This document shows positions 55,803 through 64,000 of a stretch of 64,000 bases of DNA, one piece after another (position 1 is the first letter of the stretch; the number at the start of each line of letters is the position of its first letter). Source of the DNA: Williopsis jadinii. Its lineage: Eukaryota. The notes beneath the pieces are model-generated. The model searched no databases. It worked only from the letters and a program-made list of their open reading frames with translations, and had not been told where the DNA came from. The stretch covers positions 1,736,001-1,800,000 of the forward strand of contig AP024666.1 of the NCBI GenBank assembly GCA_024346625.1, given 5' to 3'. The position numbers were made by a program, and so were the translations under genes.

Positions 55803-56118
55803 GGGTGCGAATGGTTGCTATCCTAACTTCCGAGGGATGGCCGTGGGCAGCACTTATTGCTTGGTTATTTCGCCCTTAGTTGGAGGTGTGTGGGACGCAG
55901 CTGCCAACAAACAAGAAAAAGCAGACCAGAGAAGACAACGGAGTCAAACTGCAAGTGCCTATTGCTGTATAAACGATGCGAAGATCGTTTTAAGACCCAG
56001 TGCATTGGAACTATACGCATCAAGGTTATTCTCCTGTGTCCCGTAACAATAGATTAATCGGTCACGTGCATGGGTGTGATAACTCGGGAAAGTAGAATTC
56101 AGTCGGTTTTCGAAGAAA

Positions 56119-56191
56119 GCTTCTATGGCCAAGTTGGTAAGGCGCTACACTAGTAATGTAGCGATCCTCAGTTCGACTCTGAGTGGAAGCA
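56119..56191 (+). tRNA. tRNA-Thr(AGT)
   Basis: GCTTCTATGGCCAAGTTGGTAAGGCG CTACA CT AGT AA TGTAG ... GTTCGACTC ... GGAAGCA; T-run follows. Confidence 0.96.
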
Positions 56192-56651
56192 CACTTCGTC
56201 TTTTTTTTTCAAAACCGCGGCGAGAAGAATTGTTACGGGACACACCCACATACACAGCAGGAAACGACAGGCCGAGGCGTTGCGATGCGATGAGATGTGT
56301 CTCTAGGAAAATTTTATAGCCCATTGGGATTTTTTCTTTTCAGAGGTAAACATAGACATAAACAACCTGTTTGAACTAGTACTCTCGATTCTTTGTTGTG
56401 GATTTACCTGGTTGTACTATTTGATCAATCACTTAGGGCCCTACACATAGTGCTCTCTTAACAGCTACGCTCATCGCATCGCTCATTTTGACCTCAGCTT
56501 CACGGCATTGCATCCACTTGTTCTCTCATTAACTTGCTTGAGGATTAAGTCTTTCATCATACACCACTTGTACTTGTGGGTATACACATTTCCGTTTCCT
56601 TTCACTCTTCTTTTGCATTTCCATTCATATAATTAATCAGCATATACCACA

Positions 56652-57236
56652 ATGACTATTCAAGAGCTTGACATTGATACTTTCCTTTCTGGACCGGTGG
56701 TCCAGGCCACCACAGAACAAGGTGCGCATATGGATATCGACGACGCCATTAACGAGGCATTGGCCGAGATAGACCAACACGATTTGAACGGTCTGTCCAA
56801 TTCCAATGGCAATCCAAACCCAGAGTTGATGTTAATGCAGGAGACGGAGGACCTGCTCCAGAGTTGTGCTGACCAGTCCATGAATATCAATATCACACCG
56901 CATTATTCACTTAGCTTCGAAAGACAAGTGCTGGAGTCATCGAAGCCTCTATCACCGCAGTCTTTGAACTCTGAGGGGTCTCAGGTCACCTCCCCAAACT
57001 CATCAATGGTTGGACTATCCAACCAGGTTCTGAGTGTCAGTTTCCAGGAGGTTGAACAGATGAGGTTGCAGATCGAGAAACTACAACAGTTGTACGACGG
57101 CAAATGCTGTGATCTGACCAAGGCCATGAACGAGTTGAGACAGAACGAAATCAAGAGATTAGCATTGATGGAAGAGAACAGAGCTTTAAAGAACGCACTG
57201 ATTAAGGCAACCATTGATACAAGCTACATTTCATAG
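56652..57236 (+). CDS. Hypothetical 194-aa protein, acidic N-terminus and C-terminal coiled coil
   Basis: Good start context (ACAATG), protein-like composition, heptad-like C-terminal third. Confidence 0.7.
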   Translation: MTIQELDIDTFLSGPVVQATTEQGAHMDIDDAINEALAEIDQHDLNGLSNSNGNPNPELMLMQETEDLLQSCADQSMNINITPHYSLSFERQVLESSKPLSPQSLNSEGSQVTSPNSSMVGLSNQVLSVSFQEVEQMRLQIEKLQQLYDGKCCDLTKAMNELRQNEIKRLALMEENRALKNALIKATIDTSYIS

Positions 57237-57390
57237 AATTACTTTTGCATATAGAAATCTAATAGATTCAACTCAATAACTACAGAACAATCATTAAACA
57301 ATGCAATTAGAAATTCAAATTAAGAACTCCAAACTTATTGATAAAGTAAAAAAAAATAACCAAGCATTCAAAGACATATCAGCGATACGC

Positions 57391-58061
<671 letters not shown>

Positions 58062-58437
58062 CTCGGTACGCGCAGCATACGGGGTATCCACTTTTGTGTC
58101 ATATTACGTAATCGTGTTGATGTCTTTGCTTTGTGTGATACGTCACTTTGTATTAGATGGATGGATAGCTAACCTGTTGTGTCTTCTCGTTGTGGAGAGT
58201 GAGTGTATTCTGATCATAAGACAACTGTCGTTCAGGTGAAGCGTCTCTTCTTCTGAGTTGGATATGTCTGCCACGAGTGCTCATCACAGGGTTGGTGATT
58301 TGGTCCTTGAGTACCGTTCACAGTTGAGAACAGGCTCTAATGTTGAGGGTTCAAGCAAGGCTCTGAAGGGGAAACCACTGCACAGGCCACACAAAGGGGT
58401 ATTGAGGTCGATATTTGACTTCATCGTGTGTCGTGTA

Positions 58438-59141
58438 TCATAGGTCCAAGTCACTCTCTTCTGATTCTTGCTCCTCGTGTTTGGCAATTCTCGTGTAATT
58501 GTTTGCCCTTTGCTCAATGGCACCTAAAATGTAATGCATTAGTACTGTTATAACAGCTGTTCCCAAGGGGTAACACAAGACGTACCGTTTTGCAATAGAA
58601 ATTGCTCTAAGGCCTCAATGGAGAAGTCATTCTTTTTAGCATCGTAGTGCAGTTTTTCAAACCCAACAACTCTTGCAGTTTCCACACCGTTTACGTATAC
58701 AATAACCACTGGCAGCACCTGTACTTTCAGCCTAGTCACCAAGAATGGCGCGTTATCCACATTGATACGGATGAACTTTGTAGTGATGTGCTTCTGAGCC
58801 AGGATCTCCAGCTTCCGATCCATAAGCGAGCATTTGGCAAAATTCTCGTGGAATAGGTGTAACACGGTTCTCGCGGCTTTGGCCGTGATCTTTATGACGC
58901 TTTCTTCAGAGAGCTCCGTCTGCACAGACCCATGCCCGGCTTCTTCAACCAATCGCTTTGATTGTGACATCTGTTGGCTCAATTCCTGCATTCGCTGTTC
59001 TCTATACTGCTGGAAATGTTGATCCAATTCATCGTCGAGTTTGTCCAACAGCTCGTCTTCATCTTCAGACCCCACGTCGTGCCCGTGCTGCTTCCTTATG
59101 AGGTCTTCTCTGTACGAGTCTATGGCCCTGTTAAAGCTCAT
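58438..59141 (-). CDS. PLP1: Phosducin-like protein; exon 1 59141-58586, intron 58585-58524, exon 2 58523-58438
   Basis: YREQRMQEL, HLFHENFAKC..MD..L..LA.KH..TKF, APFLVTRL.V.VLP; splicing GTACGT...TACTAAT...TAG restores the acidic tail ESEESDLDL. Confidence 0.9.
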
Positions 59142-60200
59142 GGTTCCACTGGCTCCATTTATTATGGGTTGTCCAGCGAGGAATGGAACCGCAGCCCGTC
59201 TCGAAGAGCACAGCGCGCCGTCGACCCTCGATCTTACGTAATCACGGATCAATTGTGCGCAAACCAGGTGTGTCCGAACCAACTATACGATAGCTGGCTG
59301 TGACATCGGAGCTTTTCTCTCAGGAACGATGGCAGTCAGGGAGAGATGGCAGTCAGAGACAAACCCACAGTGCAATGGACAGCGCAATGGACAGTGCCAG
59401 CACGGCCAGTGTGCACCACCACCACAGCCAACTCCTCCCAACGGCCCACCATCCGTCACAGCTCCACACCCTGGAAGGAGACTCCACGACAGAGCGCCCC
59501 GGTGTAGCATGGGCCACACACCTCCGGAAAAACCTCCCCGTCGCCTACACCGCGGTCGCGCGAGCAGCAGCGCGGTGTCCGAGTGTGCTGCTGTCCGAGC
59601 CTGCCACGCACACTGCTCCATCAGCTGGTGGTGTCAAGCACAGAGCACCGATTGCCATGGCCCCGTAGGCACACACAGCACACAGCACACAGGCACTGGA
59701 CCGTCGCCACCGCTCGCAAACGCCCACCGCTTGGATCCGTAGCACACCCACCTCGCCCACCTGGACACCACCTGGACACCACCCTTCGGATCACCGTTTC
59801 CCCCCAGCAGCCCAACGTCGCACAGCTCAGCAGGCCCTTTTTTCTTTTTCCATGGATCGCACCAGCCCGCACGCACCAAATCCCCGGTAGGGTAATACGC
59901 TTAACTACGGCACCGCGCCCAATGCGCCGTGAAAAGACCTCCCGCGCTGTGGGCTCCCACCCTCCGCCAAAGGGAGCCCAGCGGGCCTCAGCGTGCGAGC
60001 CCAGCGAGCCTGTGGGTGTGTCTCGCAGCAAATTAGTCCTCAACCAATTTTAATATAAAGAAGCACTGATCCTGCAAATTCAGCTTTCTCCCCCTGGTGT
60101 GCTTCCATTTGCTTCATTCCTAACTGTGTGTGTTTTGCTCAACATTGACATAGTTGTAGTAGTTCTGTTCTAACCAAGTGCTCAAGCTCATAGTGAAATC

Positions 60201-62228
60201 ATGTCTGAACCAAAGTATGTATGATTATGGCTGCTGCCGTGACATGGTCCCGTTTGCTGTTGTAAGCTTGCGAAGCGAGGTGTACGGAGGGGCGAGGTTG
60301 GTGTGGTGTGCCGGTGGGAGTGCGCTGGTGTGTACGCTGGCGTGTACGCTGGAGTACGCTGGAGTACGCTGGTGTACGCTTGCTGTGGTGGTGGTGGTGG
60401 TGGTGGTGGTGGTGCCGGCTTTAACCGTGGCCTAAGCGCAGGGAGAGGAGCACTCAGCCAATTGTGGTGATGAGAGGGTGGAGCAGCGGTGACGCTGTGG
60501 AGGGGAGCGCTGGCTGGCGGCCTGGTTATAAAGGCCATCTCCTGCTCTGCCTGTGCTCTGCCTGTGCTCTGCCTGTGCTCTGCCTGTGCTCTGCCTGTGC
60601 TCTGCCTGTGTCTGCCTCGTCCTCCTCGCTGTCTGCCTCGCTGCTCCTGCTCTCACCGTGCCAGTACTAAACACACCGCTCCAATGCAACGCTTACACCA
60701 ATTGGCTCACACTCTGCGCCCCAACAGTCCAGATCCATATACTAACAGCAATGCTTCGCCTAGAGGTGATATTGGTCTTATCGGTTTGGCCGTCATGGGT
60801 CAAAACTTGATCCTCAACGCTGCCGACCACGGTTACACCGTTGTTGCTTTCAACAGAACCGTCTCCAAGGTTGACCACTTTATGGAGAACGAGGCCAAGG
60901 GCAAGTCCATCATCGGTGCCAGATCCATCCAAGAGCTCGTTGACAACCTGAAGAGACCAAGAAGAATCATCCTGCTCGTCAAGGCCGGTGCTGCTGTCGA
61001 TGCCTTCATCGAGCAGCTCTTGCCATACCTTGAGAAGGGTGACATCATCATTGACGGTGGTAACTCCCACTTCCCAGACTCCAACAGAAGATACGAGGAG
61101 TTGAAGGGTAAGGGCATCCGTTTCGTTGGTTCCGGTGTGTCTGGTGGTGAGGAAGGTGCCCGTTACGGTCCTTCGCTCATGCCAGGTGGTGATGCCGAGG
61201 CTTGGCCATACATCAAGGAGATCTTCCAATCCATCTCTGCTAAGTCTGACGGTGAGCCATGTTGTGACTGGGTTGGTCCAGCAGGTGCCGGTCACTACGT
61301 TAAGATGGTGCACAACGGTATCGAGTACGGTGACATGCAGCTCATCTCTGAGGCCTACTACATCATGAAGACCGTTGGTGGCTTGACCGACAAGGAGATT
61401 GGTGATGTGTTTGCGCAATGGAACAAGGGTGTCTTGGACTCCTTCTTGATCGAGATCACCAGAGATATCTTGTACTACAACGATACCGATGGCACTCCTC
61501 TTGTTGAGAAGATCTTGGACCAAGCTGGCCAAAAGGGTACTGGTAAGTGGACTGCAATGAACGCCTTGGACTTGGGTATCCCATTGACCCTTGTCGGTGA
61601 GGCTGTCTTTGCCAGATGTTTGTCTGCTGTTAAGGGTGAGCGTGTCAAGGCCTCCTCTATCTTGCCAGGTCCTCAGATTCCAAAGGACGCCGTCAAGGAC
61701 AAGAAGGAGTTCATTGACAACTTGGAGCAAGCTTTGTACGCCTCCAAGATCATCTCCTACGCCCAAGGTTTCATGTTGATCAGAGAAGCTGCTAAGGAGT
61801 ACAACTGGGACCTCAACTTCCCAGCAATTGCCCTCATGTGGAGAGGTGGTTGTATCATCAGATCCGTCTTCCTCGGTGAAATCACAAAGGCCTTCAAGGA
61901 GGACCCACAATTGGAGAACTTGTTGTTCAACAAGTTCTTCACTGATGCCGTTACCAAGGCCCAGGCCGGCTGGAGAAAGACTGTGTCTCTCACTGCTGAG
62001 TACGGTATCCCAGCACCAGCTTTCACCACTGCTCTCTCCTTCTACGATGGTTACAGAACTGCCTACTTGCCAGCCAACTTGTTGCAAGCCCAGAGAGATT
62101 ACTTCGGTGCCCACACCTTCAAGGTTGTTCCAGAGAAGGCCAACGACAACTTGAAGGTTGGTGAGGCCATCCACATCAACTGGACCGGTCACGGTGGTAA
62201 CGTTTCTGCTACTACTTATGATGCTTAA
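60201..62228 (+). CDS. GND1: 6-phosphogluconate dehydrogenase; exon 1 60201-60214, intron 60215-60763, exon 2 60764-62228
   Basis: Spliced [20 protein letters not shown]; donor GTATGT, branch TACTAAC at 60740, acceptor [35 protein letters not shown] at 60054. Confidence 0.97.
60329..60616. repeat. Simple repeats in the GND1 intron: GTACGCTGGN, (GGT)n, and six copies of TGCTCTGCCTG
   Basis: Directly visible. Confidence 0.9.
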
Positions 62229-62286
62229 AGCTCTCCTATCATCTTTCTAATTAAAAAATAAAGACCGTTATGAAGAAAAGGGAATA

Positions 62287-63465
62287 CTAACTGTGTAGAG
62301 CCAATCCATCTTCAAGACCTTGTTTGATCACGGTGACGAAATGGTCAATATCAGCCTTGTCGTTGTACAGGCCCAGCGAGGCCCTGGTTCCACATCTGTA
62401 CTGGCTAACGTAGACGTTGTTGCTTGCGAATTGGGAGGCCCACTGTTCGCCATACAGTGGAATGACGTTGCTATGAGGTGATCTCTCTGTAACGTCGTCT
62501 GGACCACTGGTTTCAACTCCTATCTTACGCAGCTCAGATCTGAGGTATGAGCCCAGCTCCTGGAGGTACAATTGGACGTTCTCCATGCCAACACTTTGAA
62601 TAAAGTCCAAATAGGCACCAAGAGCAATGCACTGCATCATGGGCTTGTTCAGATGTTCAAACCGATGGGCAGTTGCAAACACCTCGAAGTCTTCAGAGAT
62701 GGTCAAATCGGGGCTGAGGTTACTGATGGAACCTCCACAGAGGATTGGAGGTGTGTCTTTCAACAGTTTCATGGTCTCTGGTTCAACGTAGAGGACCCCC
62801 AGGCCGTTTGGAACACTCAGTCCTTTATGGACGCTGAAGGCGATGGCTGAAGCACCGAGGTCCTCAACATCAATCCTACCAAAGCCAACCTCTTGAGTGG
62901 CATCGACCAAGATGTGGATGCCTCTAGGCTTGAATTCTTTGGCTATGCCCTTAACATCATTTCTCAGTCCTGAATGGAACATGACAGAGCTCAGTCCAAT
63001 GGCTTTAGTCTCCTCATCGACATATGGTCTGAAGTCATCTGCCGTGAACGGCTTCAATGTTGACTCATCAACAGGAATCAGGCGGATTTCCAGGCCATCT
63101 TGGGCCAAGCCAAGCCATCCAAACCCCTGGTTTGGATGCTCGTTTGCAAGCACAACAACGTTGTCACCTTTGGACCATCTGATGGATCTTTGGAACAAGT
63201 TGACACCTTCAGTGGTGTCTCTTGTGAAGGCAATGTTGGCGGAGTCGGTGTTCAAGAACACGCCCAATTTCTCCCTGGTGTCCTCACACTGGGAGATGAA
63301 CTGCGGCTTAGGGTGATCCAAGCTGATAGCGTCGTCAATGTACTTCTTGATGGAGTCATAGACGATCTGGTTCATCGGAGGCTGGAACGACGAGTTGAGG
63401 TATGTGCAGCTCGATGCCACTGGAACGTAGCTACGGAACTGTTTGATTTCCTTGGAAACGGTCAT
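62287..63465 (-). CDS. PLP-dependent class V aminotransferase / cysteine desulfurase-like enzyme
   Basis: TYLNSS, FTRDTTEGVN, NEHP, VDATQ, FSVHKGL (PLP Lys), RASLGLYN...DID. Confidence 0.9.
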   Translation of the reverse strand: MTVSKEIKQFRSYVPVASSCTYLNSSFQPPMNQIVYDSIKKYIDDAISLDHPKPQFISQCEDTREKLGVFLNTDSANIAFTRDTTEGVNLFQRSIRWSKGDNVVVLANEHPNQGFGWLGLAQDGLEIRLIPVDESTLKPFTADDFRPYVDEETKAIGLSSVMFHSGLRNDVKGIAKEFKPRGIHILVDATQEVGFGRIDVEDLGASAIAFSVHKGLSVPNGLGVLYVEPETMKLLKDTPPILCGGSISNLSPDLTISEDFEVFATAHRFEHLNKPMMQCIALGAYLDFIQSVGMENVQLYLQELGSYLRSELRKIGVETSGPDDVTERSPHSNVIPLYGEQWASQFASNNVYVSQYRCGTRASLGLYNDKADIDHFVTVIKQGLEDGLALHS

Positions 63466-63596
63466 TGTGTTGAGAGATCACTGGCTGATTGTTATCGTAT
63501 GACTTCCATAGCTACGAAAACGTATAGAGGAACCCCATTTCATGTTGCTACCTTATATATACGATTCAGTTGATAGTGACAAGTTCAGTAGGCGAG

Positions 63597-63659
63597 CCTG
63601 CGGAGTTTGATTCTCCGCAGGAAGCCACCTTATCGAGACTGCGGAGATTGGATGTCCGC
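63597..63659. promoter_or_regulatory. Two CGG-N11-CCG zinc-cluster sites with GATA sites in a divergent promoter
   Basis: CGGagtttgattctCCG at 63601-63617 and CGGagattggatgtCCG at 63642-63658; CTTATC/GATAAG nearby. Confidence 0.7.
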
Positions 63660-63860
63660 GCGATGAGGTGATAAGATCGCAATGTTCACGAGGTCTGACT
63701 CTGATTCCTACCACCATTCCACCCGAGTTGAAGATAAGACGGTTGAGATCATCACGTTGTTATCGCTCTGTGCTGATTGTCCATCATGGGTTATAAAGCA
63801 TTCGTTCGTTCCTTCAGAAGACCCTGGTCTGACCCCCAGTCTACCTCAACACCGCATACA

Positions 63861-64000
63861 ATGAGTAAAGTCAAGAACTTGTCGGAAGACTCCTTGAAAG
63901 ATGCAAAACTATCACCTATTGAAGGAGAAGTGATCCATGTGTCAACCAGCATGGAGATGCTGGACCTCGAAGACGAGCCTGGTAGGCTCAAGAGGGACTT
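63861..64000 (+). CDS. Probable amino-acid permease, N-terminus only
   Basis: MSKVKNLSEDSLKDAK...EPGRLKRD, open to the window end; LKR is the usual entry to TM1 of yeast APC/YAT permeases. Confidence 0.55.
   Translation, partial: MSKVKNLSEDSLKDAKLSPIEGEVIHVSTSMEMLDLEDEPGRLKRD

Noticed and set aside
59283..60053. Overlapping 70-156 aa ORFs in GC-rich DNA
   Set aside because: Low-complexity divergent promoter of PLP1/GND1; ORFs on both strands with no protein motifs.
60489..60683. N-terminal extension with [11 protein letters not shown] repeats in the ORF track
   Set aside because: GTG start and translation of an intronic 11-bp repeat; only the part from 60665/60684 is considered potentially coding.
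60693..62192. 499-aa antisense ORF over GND1
   Set aside because: Mirror-frame artefact of strong codon bias in a highly expressed gene; no independent protein features.

Overview
Budding-yeast (Saccharomycotina) nuclear DNA using the standard code (CTG falls at conserved Leu positions). Composition and gene content suggest Phaffomycetaceae, possibly Cyberlindnera, but this is inference only. About 30 protein genes and 2 tRNAs are present. The conserved core is WRS1, PDI1, GLK1, SRO9, ATG22, RIB3, RCF2, BUD23, ARE, IMG1, ATP23, ACB1, PAN6, RPD3, NIT1, FZF1, RPS31, PLP1 and GND1. Four introns missed by the ORF track were resolved by hand (RIB3, ACB1, PLP1, GND1). Three accessory zones interrupt the core: (1) 20.6-35.1 kb, with a second sterol acyltransferase and two YOR389W-family paralogs flanking a 1981-aa GPI-anchored subtilisin/adhesin chimera; (2) 43.9-51.8 kb, gene-poor, with a 20-bp minisatellite, a 15 x 110-bp out-of-frame satellite with higher-order structure, tRNA-Leu and an AT-rich decayed ORF; (3) a divergent PLP-enzyme/permease pair with two CGG-N11-CCG sites. 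The best lead is the GND1 intron, which hides an in-frame PTS2-like peptide reachable by an alternative 3' splice site or by an intronic TATA/ATG. All homology calls come from motif recognition, not database searches.
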